The position numbers and the translations under genes are program-made. The notes below the pieces were generated by a model. It was not told the origin of the DNA. It worked only from the letters and a program-made list of their open reading frames with translations, and did no database searches. This document shows, one piece after another, positions 9,715 through 19,702 of a stretch of DNA of 64,000 nt (the first letter of the stretch is position 1; each line of letters opens with the position of its first letter). The DNA comes from Calditrichia bacterium (GTDB lineage Bacteria; Calditrichota; Calditrichia; RBG-13-44-9; J075), in assembly GCA_050633245.1 (NCBI GenBank), contig JBOEGD010000011.1, forward strand, positions 224,001 through 288,000. The letters run 5' to 3'.

Positions 9715-11604
9715 GTGAAAAAGAGTTCGATACTTTTATCCATGATGTTAATACTGCTGGTTTCAGCATGTGCAGATAAAGCAGCGCAAGTTCCGCCTCT
9801 GCAACAATACAGCATTGACCAGTTCATGAATACCACATCAATATTTGGCAGTTCATTCTCTCCGGATGAATCAAAAATCCTTTTCACAAGTGATGAGTCG
9901 GGCATCTACAATGCCTATACCGTCTCTGTTATGGGAGGTGAAGCAGAACAGGTTACCTTTTCGGATAGCAACTCAATATTTATAACATCTTACTTTCCTG
10001 AGGACGAGCGTTTCCTTTTTCGCAGCGATAAGGGTGGAAATGAAATTTGGCATATCTATCTATATGATAATGGCGATGTGCGTGACCTGACACCGGGAGA
10101 GGAAGCGCGCTCCACTTTTTTTGGTTGGAGTAAGGACAAGAAGAGCTTCTTTTACCAGAGCAATCTGCGCGATGCCCGCTACAACGATTTGTATGAGATG
10201 GAGATTGGATCGCTTGAATCACGCATGATTTTTCAGAATGATGAAGGCTACAATATCTCTGCAATTTCGCACAGCAAGCGACTTTTGGCTTTAAGCAAAA
10301 CAATCACCACGCACAATTCCGACATGTATTTATTCGACCGCGAACGCCTAAGCGTAAAACACCTCTCTCAGCACAAAGGCGATATTAACTATCGCCCGGT
10401 CGGATTTAGTCTCGACAACTCTCTGCTTTATTATCTCACCGATGAAAATAGCGAATTCACTTATCTAAAGAGCTATAGCATCAAAGATGACGTAACGAAA
10501 GCAATCGAGAAAAAAGACTGGGATATTATGTATTCCTACTATTCCAAAAAAGAGAACTACCGAATTAGCGGCATTAATAATGATGCCAGTACCGAGATCA
10601 TTATCACCGATGTGAAGACCGGGGAACCGTTAGCGCTTCCTGAACTTCCCAATGCAGATATCAGGTCGGTGAATATGGCTGAGAGCGAGAGCAAGATGAC
10701 CTTTTACGTCAATGGTTCAGGATCTCCAAGCAATCTGTATATCTACGATCTTAAATCGCGGGAATATCGCAAGTTAACCGACTCCATGAATAAAGATATC
10801 ATTCCAGAGCACTTGGTAGAGTCTACGGTGGTTCGCTATAAATCTTTTGATGGAATGGAAATTCCAGCCGTGCTGTATACGCCGCATCAGGCTACTGATG
10901 GCAAAGTGCCGGCACTTGTTTGGGTTCACGGCGGTCCGGGTGGACAGTCCAGAGTCGGATACAATCCGCTCATTCAGTATTTGGTTAATCATGGCTATGC
11001 GATTTTGGCCGTAAACAACCGCGGCAGTTCTGGCTATGGCCGCACCTTCTACAAGGCGGATGACCTGAACCACGGCCAGGGTGATTTGCAAGACTGTATT
11101 TATGGAAAGAAATATATGATAGAATCCGGCTTGGCTGATGCCGATAAAGTTGGAATTATTGGCGGAAGTTATGGCGGCTATATGGTACTTGCTGCGCTTG
11201 CGTTTCAACCGGAAGCATTTGAGCTCGGCGTCAACATTTTTGGCGTATCCAACTGGCTGCGAACGCTCAAGAGTATTCCACCGTGGTGGGAAGCATTCAG
11301 AGAAGCTCTTTACAAAGAACTCGGTAATCCTGAGACAGATGAAGAATATCTGCGTAGCATTTCGCCGCTATTTCATGCTGATAAGATTCAGCGTCCGCTT
11401 ATGGTTCTGCAAGGGGCCAATGACCCACGAGTGCTGAAAATTGAATCAGATGAAATTGTTGATGCTGTTCGAAAGAACAATGTTCCGGTGGAATATGTGC
11501 TCTTCGATGATGAAGGACATGGTTTCAGCAAGAAAGAGAATAAGATTGAGGCCTACAAAGGGATCCTGGCATTTTTGAACTATCACATGAAAAAAGGTTC
11601 ATAA
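9715..11604 (+). CDS. S9 family (prolyl oligopeptidase/acylaminoacyl) peptidase, lipoprotein
   Basis: HGGP, GGSYGG nucleophile, GANDPRV, DEGHGF; GTG start after GGAGGAG; lipobox VSAC. Confidence 0.92.
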   Translation: MKKSSILLSMMLILLVSACADKAAQVPPLQQYSIDQFMNTTSIFGSSFSPDESKILFTSDESGIYNAYTVSVMGGEAEQVTFSDSNSIFITSYFPEDERFLFRSDKGGNEIWHIYLYDNGDVRDLTPGEEARSTFFGWSKDKKSFFYQSNLRDARYNDLYEMEIGSLESRMIFQNDEGYNISAISHSKRLLALSKTITTHNSDMYLFDRERLSVKHLSQHKGDINYRPVGFSLDNSLLYYLTDENSEFTYLKSYSIKDDVTKAIEKKDWDIMYSYYSKKENYRISGINNDASTEIIITDVKTGEPLALPELPNADIRSVNMAESESKMTFYVNGSGSPSNLYIYDLKSREYRKLTDSMNKDIIPEHLVESTVVRYKSFDGMEIPAVLYTPHQATDGKVPALVWVHGGPGGQSRVGYNPLIQYLVNHGYAILAVNNRGSSGYGRTFYKADDLNHGQGDLQDCIYGKKYMIESGLADADKVGIIGGSYGGYMVLAALAFQPEAFELGVNIFGVSNWLRTLKSIPPWWEAFREALYKELGNPETDEEYLRSISPLFHADKIQRPLMVLQGANDPRVLKIESDEIVDAVRKNNVPVEYVLFDDEGHGFSKKENKIEAYKGILAFLNYHMKKGS

Positions 11605-11626
11605 GAAACTCACCTCAGATAGTTTG

Positions 11627-11668
11627 TCCCGATAGACACATTTCCGTTGTCTATCGGGATTGATTTTT
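11627..11668 (+). terminator. Hairpin terminator after the S9 peptidase gene
   Basis: TCCCGATAGACA ... TGTCTATCGGGA 12-bp inverted repeat followed by a T-rich tract. Confidence 0.65.
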
Positions 11669-11699
11669 CCTCCACTTATACTATTTCTGAAAATTATAC

Positions 11700-11750
11700 T
11701 TGACATTTTAGTAAGGATGTTTATATTTCGCACGTCTACTACACTGTAAC
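11700..11750 (+). promoter_or_regulatory. Sigma70-like promoter and possible BlaI/CopY operator
   Basis: TTGACA (11700) ... TATATT (11722); ACTACA-C-TGTAAC (11738-11750) resembles the TACA/TGTA BlaI box, but with a 1-nt spacer. Confidence 0.45.
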
Positions 11751-11759
11751 AGGAGAGGT

Positions 11760-12173
11760 ATGAAAAACAAGCTCGTTAAATTCCCGGCACTTTCACGTGC
11801 TGAATACGATATTCTCAAAGTCCTTTGGAAGCAGGGGCGACAAAGTATTCGTGAAGTTCACGACCGGTTGTCTGCCTCGACCGGCTGGGCTTATACCACA
11901 ACGAAGACTATGATGGATCGCATGGTTGGCAAGTCGCTGCTTAGTCGCGACAACTTTCACGGAGTTTTCTTATATGAAGCAACAATTAATAAACCGACTG
12001 GTTTGGTTCGGTTTGTCGAATTCTTTGCCAATCGGGTATTGGAAACAGACTATGCCGCAGTCGTCTCACTTTTCGCAAAGAACGAATCATTATCTGAAGA
12101 GGAGATACGGGAACTGCGCGGGATGCTCACTGAGCTAGACAGTGAAGCGGTAGACAAGAGGGGAGGGGCTTAA
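11760..12173 (+). CDS. BlaI/MecI/CopY family transcriptional repressor
   Basis: LSRAEYDILKVLW, WAYTTTKTMMDRM, LSEEEIREL; directly upstream of an M56 gene. Confidence 0.92.
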   Translation: MKNKLVKFPALSRAEYDILKVLWKQGRQSIREVHDRLSASTGWAYTTTKTMMDRMVGKSLLSRDNFHGVFLYEATINKPTGLVRFVEFFANRVLETDYAAVVSLFAKNESLSEEEIRELRGMLTELDSEAVDKRGGA

Positions 12174-12175
12174 TA

Positions 12176-13654
12176 ATGATAATCGAAACAATTCTAACAT
12201 ATTTGGGATGGCAAGCTCTCTATGCAGGAATCGTTGGATGCTTCGTCTGGCCTCTTGTTCAATTTTTCGGAAGACGTTATCCATTATCAGCGGTACTTCT
12301 ATGGTCGCTTGTTTTGCTTCGTCTTGTGGTGCCGGTAGACTTATCCAGCGACTATAGTCTTAGAACATTCGCTGACAGTTTTTTACAGGGAAATGCGGTT
12401 GTCGATGAATCCACGGTCATTCACGAGCCTTATACTCTGGAAAGCGCTTCACTGAGTGACACTTTTGCTGTGCCTGTAAAAAGCTCGAATTCTATACCAG
12501 TGGCTCTTTTCGCACTTTGGCTGGCAGGATTTATAGCCACATTTAGCTTCTTTCAGTGGCTGCGCAGGCGCTATCGCGCTATTGCCTCCGATAGCAAGCC
12601 GGTGCTACAGCCTGACACATTACAGCTGTTACAAACCTGGAAAACGCGCTTGGGAATAATGCGATCGGTTCAATTACGCGTCACCGAAAGCTCGCTTGCA
12701 TTTACCTATGGCATAATTCGTCCGGTTATCATTATACCTCGAGAGTTGTTGACATCTGATACCCAAACGAAGCTGGAATGCGTTATTGCTCATGAAATGC
12801 AGCACATTCGTCACTGGGATGTTTTATGGATGTTTGTGCAGCAGCTGCTTCAGTCTGTGTATTTTTTTCAACCCTTGGTATGGAAGGCAAACGCTGGTAT
12901 TAATCGCTCCCGTGAACGCCTGCGTGATGCTGAGGTATTGCATTCCGGCAAGATTAAGACCCGCGACTATGCTGAAACACTTTTGCTCATGGCAACGGGA
13001 CAGCCTGTTAGCCACAAAGCAGCGGTGCCATTCTTTGCTCTCTATCCGGGGTTTAGTCAGGCACATTCCGAACTCACTCAACGCTTAAAAGAATTAACAT
13101 ATCGAAAGGAACATATTGTGAAAAAGTCTGTTGTTGTTTTTGCTATTATCTTATTTGCTGCTGTCCTGTTACCACTTGCCCCGCAGGTTTCGCATGCTGC
13201 GGCAGCTCCCGCAACATTTGTTAAAGACGCGACGTATTTTGCTCCCATTAAAGAAGGACGAATTACTTCTTCTTTTGGAAAACGCACGAATCCATTTACC
13301 AAGCTACTCCAGGATCATCACGGAGTCGATGTGGGAGCGCCGATCGGAACACCGGTGTTCGCGATAGCTGATGGAGAAGTTATTGCAAGCGAACTGCTGG
13401 AAGGTTATGGGAATCGAATAAAAGTCCTTCATGCAGACGGCCGGGAAAGCTGGTATGCTCAGCTTCATGAACGCAAAGTTGAAGATGGTGCGAAGGTTGT
13501 AAAAGGACAAACCATTGCCACGGTTGGAAGCAGCGGGCGTTCTACCGCACCGCATTTGCACTTTGAACTACGAGTTGAAGGTAAGCCTGTAGACCCCGAA
13601 ATGCATGTGCCGTTCTATCATCTGGAGAAGGGAAAACCTGATGATGATTGTTGA
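12176..13654 (+). CDS. BlaR1-type M56 metallopeptidase fused to an M23 peptidase
   Basis: HEMQH zincin motif, FFQPLVW; C-terminal HHGVD and STAPHLHFE M23 motifs. Confidence 0.9.
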   Translation: MIIETILTYLGWQALYAGIVGCFVWPLVQFFGRRYPLSAVLLWSLVLLRLVVPVDLSSDYSLRTFADSFLQGNAVVDESTVIHEPYTLESASLSDTFAVPVKSSNSIPVALFALWLAGFIATFSFFQWLRRRYRAIASDSKPVLQPDTLQLLQTWKTRLGIMRSVQLRVTESSLAFTYGIIRPVIIIPRELLTSDTQTKLECVIAHEMQHIRHWDVLWMFVQQLLQSVYFFQPLVWKANAGINRSRERLRDAEVLHSGKIKTRDYAETLLLMATGQPVSHKAAVPFFALYPGFSQAHSELTQRLKELTYRKEHIVKKSVVVFAIILFAAVLLPLAPQVSHAAAAPATFVKDATYFAPIKEGRITSSFGKRTNPFTKLLQDHHGVDVGAPIGTPVFAIADGEVIASELLEGYGNRIKVLHADGRESWYAQLHERKVEDGAKVVKGQTIATVGSSGRSTAPHLHFELRVEGKPVDPEMHVPFYHLEKGKPDDDC

Positions 13655-14060
13655 TTTATAGGCAATCGTTCTGATAGCGTTGCTGTATACTGCTGGAATG
13701 CGAGCGATTTAATTCGCATTCCAGCTATGCCACGTTTTTTTAGCAAATCCCAAGTTTTGAAAATAAATGCGAACCTTTTCCTCTCTTTTTAGTATATTGA
13801 TATATAACAGAAAGAAATATTCTTCCCATAGGAAATATTTTTCCGCAAAAAGTGGATACTTCTTTCGGTTCTCAAATTCCCCTGCGCTGTAGCAACACTC
13901 ATAAGTTATTGTTTGTATTGTGGTTCTATTATTGGGACGCAATGTTGGTATTGTTTTTGTAATACCTCTGTTTGCACACTCCCCTTATGGAAACGCGTAC
14001 TGTAATACACATCAATGAATGCAGTGTCCTCCCACTTACTGTATTCTAAAGGGGCGAGGT

Positions 14061-14621
14061 ATGTTTATGAGACGAGAAGAAGGTGGGGAGCGGTTTTTAG
14101 AACTGATTAGTCGCATTCAAAGTGGAGATATGCGAGCCGAGGATGAATTGTTCGAAGCTTTTCAGGTGGTAGAAAGAGTGCAGATGATGATAAACACTCG
14201 AATCCATGCCACAGTTGAAGACAAAAATGATTTAATCGGCGAAGTTTTACAGGCCTTGCTAATCGGTCTGCGCAACGGTCGGTTTCAACCGAACAGAGGT
14301 CCATTCGGTTCGTATTTGTGGGGAATCTCCCGAAATAAGATTCGAGACTATCTGCGTCGCCGAAAGAATCGACAGTTTTCAACCATTTTAGAAGAACCGA
14401 TAGGAAAAATGAAAACGGATGCAAATTTGTTTCAAGTTGAGCAGGACAACACTATCCAGCGCAAGATCAATCGGCTGGAAGACAAATACCGACAGGTTAT
14501 TCTCATGAAATATTTTGAAGAGCTGCCTGTTAAAGAAATTGCTGTTCGGCTAAATCTGATTCCAAAACAGGTGTATAATCGCTTGAATTATTCCATTAAG
14601 CTGTTACGAAATGCATATTGA
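14061..14621 (+). CDS. ECF sigma-70 factor
   Basis: Region 2 (FGSYLWGISRNKIRDYLR) and region 4 (YRQVILMKYFEELPVKEIA...VYNRL); ATG after GAGGT. Confidence 0.85.
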   Translation: MFMRREEGGERFLELISRIQSGDMRAEDELFEAFQVVERVQMMINTRIHATVEDKNDLIGEVLQALLIGLRNGRFQPNRGPFGSYLWGISRNKIRDYLRRRKNRQFSTILEEPIGKMKTDANLFQVEQDNTIQRKINRLEDKYRQVILMKYFEELPVKEIAVRLNLIPKQVYNRLNYSIKLLRNAY

Positions 14622-14655
14622 TACTTAATCCTACGGAGTTAGGATAGAGGTTAAC

Positions 14656-14689
14656 GAAAGAGACCGGCAAACCTTTGTCGGTCTCTTTC
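14656..14689 (+). terminator. Terminator hairpin after the ECF sigma gene
   Basis: GAAAGAGACCGGCAAA/TTTGTCGGTCTCTTTC inverted repeat. Confidence 0.7.
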
Positions 14690-14803
14690 AATTTATACAA
14701 TAGCCCACCGATGAACCTTGATTTATTCCACCCCGAAATCTATATTCTACTACCGATTCTAATGCTCTCAGATGGAGATTAATTTTAGATTAAAGGAGAA
14801 TAT

Positions 14804-15286
14804 ATGGCAATACCCACAAGCAATGCGATTAATGCTCTGCGCGAAACCGCTATCCGGTTAAGCGGGGGAGCCGAATATAAATGGACTCATATGGGAAGCT
14901 GTAACTGTGGGCATCTTGTGCAAACAATAACATCGCTGCCCAAATCAAAAATTCATGCGTACGCTCTTGAAAAAGAAGGTGCCTGGAAAGAGAAATCAAT
15001 AGATTATTGCCCGCAGAGTGGCTATCCAATAGATCATATTATTGGTGCAATACTCGAGCTAGGATTTACTACGGATGATATTCGCCACCTGGAGCGATTG
15101 TCGTCTGCGCGTATTTTGAAACGAATTGGCAAAGAGCATCGCCCGCTTAACTACAAATCAAGAGAACATGTTATTCTGTATCTTAATGCCTGGGCCGATT
15201 TCCTTGAGGAGCAACTTCCACCTGCGGCAGATCCCGTCCTGCAGCAGAATCCGATAGTACCAATTCCTGAAGCCGAGTTGGTTTAA
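14804..15286 (+). CDS. Hypothetical protein with a CNCGH motif
   Basis: Clear RBS AAAGGAG; 160-aa ORF; HMGSCNCGHL motif. Confidence 0.75.
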   Translation: MAIPTSNAINALRETAIRLSGGAEYKWTHMGSCNCGHLVQTITSLPKSKIHAYALEKEGAWKEKSIDYCPQSGYPIDHIIGAILELGFTTDDIRHLERLSSARILKRIGKEHRPLNYKSREHVILYLNAWADFLEEQLPPAADPVLQQNPIVPIPEAELV

Positions 15287-15345
15287 TAAGACGTACATTA
15301 AGGCGGCAGAGTGATCTGCCGTTTTTATTCCCGAAAGGAACTGTT

Positions 15346-16998
15346 ATGACGAAGCGAGAGGTTGCGCTGTCAATCTTTTTTCTGATGGTATTGACGGCAA
15401 CATTCGTATATAGCGAGCTAAAAGATGAGCCAATTAAGGCCTCTGACGTAAAGTCTGCACAAAGCATGCTCGATCTTTCATTTACCGATGTGGAAATTGA
15501 CAGTATGATTGAGGGATTGCAGGAGAACCGTCGAAATTATCGCGATATTCGTGGTGTTGAACTGTCCAATAGCGTGATGCCGACGGTTCAGTTTCATCCC
15601 TTGCCGACAGGGTTTAAGTTTGAGAGAGGAGCTTCAACGTTTTCGTTAAAACCAAATTTGCAGATGAAGCGTCCGAAAGATCTAGACGAGTTGGCATTCG
15701 CCTCCATCCGCGATCTGGCAGGATTGATAAAGCAGCGCAAGGTGAGTTCTGTTGAATTGACGACGCTTTATTTAGATCGTCTGAAAAAACACGGTCCAAC
15801 ATTAGAATGCGTTATTTCGTTGATGGAGGAACGTGCCATGGAGCAGGCACGCCTGGTAGATAAAGAGCTGGCAGCAGGTACATATCGTGGATTATTACAC
15901 GGCATTCCTTATGGGGCAAAAGATCTGCTGGCTGCAAAAGGAGCAAAAACGACCTGGGGTGCGGAAGCCTACAAAGACCAAACGATTGATATGGATGCTA
16001 CGGTAATCCGTAAGTTGGAGGATGCTGGTGCCGTTCTCGTTGCAAAGTTAACGCTCGGAGCTCTCGCTTGGGGTGATGTGTGGTTTGGTGGAAAAACTCG
16101 CAACCCCTGGAATCTGGAGCAGGGGAGTAGTGGCTCTTCTGCCGGATCGGCCTCGGCAACATCTGCGGGCCTGGTGCCATTTGCAATTGGTTCAGAAACC
16201 TGGGGATCGATTGTTTCTCCAGCTACGCGGTGTGGAATCAGCGGACTTCGCCCAACCTATGGTCGTGTGAGCAGACATGGTGCAATGGCACTCAGTTGGA
16301 GTATGGATAAGCTGGGTCCGTTAGCGCGCTCGGTCGAGGATTGCGCCATCGTGTTTAACGCTATTTATGGACAGGATGAAGCTGACCCAACATTGTATAA
16401 CGCACCATTTTCCTATGGCAAAAAGGTTGATATTAAGAAGCTGCGCATCGGATATCTAAAAGCCGCTTTTGATGCAGATAGTGCCGGGAAGGCTTACAAT
16501 GATGCTGCACTTAAAACATTGAGTGGACTTGGCGGCAAGCTGATTCCCGTTGAGCTACCGGATTATCCCACCTGGGATATCGGATTTGTTCTTTCAGCAG
16601 AAGCCGCTGCCGCTTTCGATTTGTTGACGCGCAGCAATCGCGACGATTTACTGGTGCGGCAGATTAAAAACGCCTGGCCGAATGTTTTTCGAGCATCGCG
16701 TTTCATCCCGGCGGTAGAGTACATAAATGCAAATCGCGTACGCGGCCTGATCATAAAGGAAATGGCTGAGGTCATGAGCGAAGTCGACGTCTATATCGCA
16801 CCGTCTTTTGGAGAGAATTTACTGCTGACCAATTTAACAGGTCATCCCTGTGTGGTGTTGCAAAATGGATTTGACGATAAGGGGAATCCTGTTAGTATTA
16901 GTTTAACAGGCAGGCTGTTTGACGAAGAAACCCTGCTGCAGGTTGCTCAGGCGTTACAGGAAGCAAACACGCATCATACCAAACACCCGGTGCTGTAA
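15346..16998 (+). CDS. Amidase signature family protein, secreted
   Basis: LHGIPYGAKD, GSSGSSAGSA, GSETWGSIVSP, GLRPTYGRVS. Confidence 0.92.
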   Translation: MTKREVALSIFFLMVLTATFVYSELKDEPIKASDVKSAQSMLDLSFTDVEIDSMIEGLQENRRNYRDIRGVELSNSVMPTVQFHPLPTGFKFERGASTFSLKPNLQMKRPKDLDELAFASIRDLAGLIKQRKVSSVELTTLYLDRLKKHGPTLECVISLMEERAMEQARLVDKELAAGTYRGLLHGIPYGAKDLLAAKGAKTTWGAEAYKDQTIDMDATVIRKLEDAGAVLVAKLTLGALAWGDVWFGGKTRNPWNLEQGSSGSSAGSASATSAGLVPFAIGSETWGSIVSPATRCGISGLRPTYGRVSRHGAMALSWSMDKLGPLARSVEDCAIVFNAIYGQDEADPTLYNAPFSYGKKVDIKKLRIGYLKAAFDADSAGKAYNDAALKTLSGLGGKLIPVELPDYPTWDIGFVLSAEAAAAFDLLTRSNRDDLLVRQIKNAWPNVFRASRFIPAVEYINANRVRGLIIKEMAEVMSEVDVYIAPSFGENLLLTNLTGHPCVVLQNGFDDKGNPVSISLTGRLFDEETLLQVAQALQEANTHHTKHPVL

Positions 16999-17643
16999 AT
17001 GAAGAAGTTGAGCAAGCAGCAAAAAGCTAATGAAATAGCAGATATCTTGCAGGAGCATTATCCAAACCCTCCCGTCCCGCTCGACCATAACGATGCTTAT
17101 ACACTACTGGTTGCGGTTTTGCTGTCTGCGCAATGTACAGATGAGCGAGTGAATAAGGTGACACCTGCACTGTTCGAGCTGGCCGACAATCCGGCGGAAA
17201 TGGGTAGCAAAGAAGTTGACGCCATTCGTGAAATTATTCGTCCATGTGGTCTGTCTCCGCGCAAGTCGAAGGCGATTTATGATCTGTCAAATATTATCAT
17301 GGATAAGCATGGTGGTAAGGTGCCGCAAAGTTTTGAGGAATTGGAAGCACTGCCGGGGGTCGGACATAAAACAGCGTCGGTTGTAATGGCGCAGGCTTTT
17401 GGCGTCCCTGCTTTTCCGGTTGATACGCATATTCATCGTTTAGCCTGGCGATGGACACTCTCAACGGGTAAGAATGTTGAGCAGACTGAAAAAGATCTGA
17501 AGCGCTTGTTTCCGAAAGACATCTGGAATGACCTGCATTTGCAGATCATTTTTTTTGGTCGGGAATATTGTCCGGCGCGCGGACACGACCCCAATGTCTG
17601 TCCAATATGCAGCAAATATGGACGGCGATCAATGTTTAAATAG
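16999..17643 (+). CDS. nth: Endonuclease III
   Basis: LLSAQCTDERVN, HhH LPGVGHKTA, VDTHIHR. Confidence 0.92.
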   Translation: MKKLSKQQKANEIADILQEHYPNPPVPLDHNDAYTLLVAVLLSAQCTDERVNKVTPALFELADNPAEMGSKEVDAIREIIRPCGLSPRKSKAIYDLSNIIMDKHGGKVPQSFEELEALPGVGHKTASVVMAQAFGVPAFPVDTHIHRLAWRWTLSTGKNVEQTEKDLKRLFPKDIWNDLHLQIIFFGREYCPARGHDPNVCPICSKYGRRSMFK

Positions 17644-17698
17644 CGGGCATCGGGTATCGAAAAATACTACACATATTAAAAATACGAATATACACTTT

Positions 17699-17740
17699 TC
17701 ACCAATCACCAATCACCAATCACCAATCACCGATCACCGT
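17699..17740. repeat. Short tandem heptamer repeat (TCACCAA)x4 + TCACCGA + TCACCGT
   Basis: Read directly between the convergent nth and beta-CASP genes. Confidence 0.9.
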
Positions 17741-17741
17741 T

Positions 17742-19127
17742 CTACAAATTCAATTCATACCGCGCGCCTTCGGCTGCAACAACCACATCCCAACCATAAC
17801 GTTCGCGAATTTTACCCGCCATTGATTCCGCTGCATCCGGTTCTCCATGAACAAGGAAGGTCTTTTCCGGTGGCTTGTTGAATGCCATAAGCCATGCCAG
17901 AATCTCATTGTAATCGGCATGCCCGGAATAGGCACAGAAGTTCTCGATCTTTGCTTTCGCGGGAATGTAACGTCCGTGAATCTTGACCTTGTCCATGCCG
18001 TCAAGCAGAGTTCGTCCACGCGTACCAGTCGCCTGATAACCCATAAACAACACCGTGTTCTTCGGATCTGGTAATCGCTGTACCAGATGATGCAGAATGC
18101 GACCACCGGTTGCCATGCCACTGGCAGATATGATAATCGCCGGCCCATCGTCATTGTTGATGGACTTAGACTCTTGTCGTGACTTGCAAATTTTTAGCTT
18201 TTGTGGTCGGAAGATTTCTTTGCCCTCAATCGTAAGAACTCTACTTGTCAGGTTTTGATCGGAAATGCGATCGTTAAAAATCTTCGTGGCATCGATGGCC
18301 ATCGGTGAGTCGACATAGACAGGTAAGGCCGGAATCTTTTTCTCCGCTTCCAGCTCACGCAACACATATAAAATAGTTTGGGTGCGTCCTACCGAGAATG
18401 CTGGTATCAGCAACACACCGCCATTGTCTATACTGGCATTAACAACCTTTGCGAGCTCTGCTTTTGCATCAACAGTGGGGTGAAGCCTATTCCCGTAAGT
18501 CGATTCCAGAACAAGATAATCCACATTAAATGCCTGAACCGGATCTTTCAGGATCGGTTTGGATGGCCTGCCTAAATCTCCGCTAAATAGAATTTTGCGC
18601 CCGGAAGTGCGATGTTTGATATCGATATGTGCGGAACCAAGGATGTGACCCGCATCGCGATATTTAGCGCGATAATCGCCCAAATCCAGATTGTCGCCAT
18701 AGTGCAGCGGTTGAAAATGGCTGAGTGCCTTCCTGGCATCCGCAACGGTGTATAGCGGTAGTGCCGGCTTGTGTTTGGAATAGCCTTTCTTGTTGGCCCA
18801 ACGCGCGTCTTCTTCCTGGATATGTGCGCTGTCTGGCAAGAGAATATTGCAGAGATCCTGCGTTGGGTAAGTGCAGTGAATGCTCCCCGAGAAGCCATCA
18901 CGAAAAAGCCGCGGTAAATATCCGGTATGGTCGATATGGGCATGGGTGAGAAGCAGCGTGTCTATCGACTCTGGAGGAACCGGGAATTTATCCCAGTTTT
19001 TTAAGCGATTCTTTTTCCGACCCTGAAAAAGACCACAGTCAATTAATACGCGTTGATCATCTAGGTCGAGAAGGTGCCGGGAACCGGTAACGGTTCCTGC
19101 AGCACCAAGAAAAGTAATATGAGCCAT
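17742..19127 (-). CDS. MBL-fold beta-CASP metallo-hydrolase (RNA-processing type)
   Basis: GAAGTVTGS, DCGLFQG, THAHIDHTG, AGHILGS, ESTYG, SGHAD, VHGE. Confidence 0.93.
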   Translation of the reverse strand: MAHITFLGAAGTVTGSRHLLDLDDQRVLIDCGLFQGRKKNRLKNWDKFPVPPESIDTLLLTHAHIDHTGYLPRLFRDGFSGSIHCTYPTQDLCNILLPDSAHIQEEDARWANKKGYSKHKPALPLYTVADARKALSHFQPLHYGDNLDLGDYRAKYRDAGHILGSAHIDIKHRTSGRKILFSGDLGRPSKPILKDPVQAFNVDYLVLESTYGNRLHPTVDAKAELAKVVNASIDNGGVLLIPAFSVGRTQTILYVLRELEAEKKIPALPVYVDSPMAIDATKIFNDRISDQNLTSRVLTIEGKEIFRPQKLKICKSRQESKSINNDDGPAIIISASGMATGGRILHHLVQRLPDPKNTVLFMGYQATGTRGRTLLDGMDKVKIHGRYIPAKAKIENFCAYSGHADYNEILAWLMAFNKPPEKTFLVHGEPDAAESMAGKIRERYGWDVVVAAEGARYELNL

Positions 19128-19224
19128 GCCATCTCCTTTGTATACGAAATTTCAGTCATCATCGAGGCTCAGATAACTAACGGCTTCCGGTGCAAAATGT
19201 CAAGCTAAAGCAGGATAAGGGCAT

Positions 19225-19253
19225 AAAAAAACAGGCGCCCGAATGGGCGCCTG
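19225..19253 (-). terminator. Rho-independent terminator (minus strand)
   Basis: CAGGCGCCC-gaat-GGGCGCCTG hairpin with an A-run on its left (T-run on minus strand). Confidence 0.75.
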
Positions 19254-19287
19254 CAGATATGTGTCTCTTAATAAACCGAAGAAAAAC

Positions 19288-19536
19288 TTAGGCTTTTTTG
19301 AACAAACTAACAATAAACATCAACAATCCACCACCAACTGCAGAACCACCGATGTCACCCAGTAAGCCTGCTGACTGCATAACGCCGAGTGCATCCAACA
19401 ATTGACCGCCGATTCCACCACCTAGAACACCAACTATAGTATTCCAGAGTGTACCAAGGCTTTTTGCCTTCATTGCCAAACCAGCCAGGTTTCCACCTAC
19501 GGCACCACTGATAAGTTGCATTAAAATTGCTTCCAT
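19288..19536 (-). CDS. Small Gly-rich membrane protein (GlsB/YeaQ/YmgE-like)
   Basis: GAVGGNLAG, GVLGGGIGG repeats; ATG 19536 preceded by GGAGGA. Confidence 0.75.
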   Translation of the reverse strand: MEAILMQLISGAVGGNLAGLAMKAKSLGTLWNTIVGVLGGGIGGQLLDALGVMQSAGLLGDIGGSAVGGGLLMFIVSLFKKA

Positions 19537-19702
19537 ACTAAAATCCTCCAATAATTGGAATTTACCTAATGAGTTAATCAAGGGCGATGTAGTAAAAAGG
19601 TAAGTGTTTTGTCGGATATCGGCAAATTTATGGTAGGATTTTTTTCGATAGAGGATTTCACCGGCTCAGTGAAGACCGAGCCAGTGAAAGAGGAAGTCTA
19701 TT

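Noticed and set aside
13709-13942. 77-aa minus-strand ORF upstream of the ECF sigma
   Set aside because: Non-ATG start, no RBS, lies in an AT-rich promoter region; probably spurious
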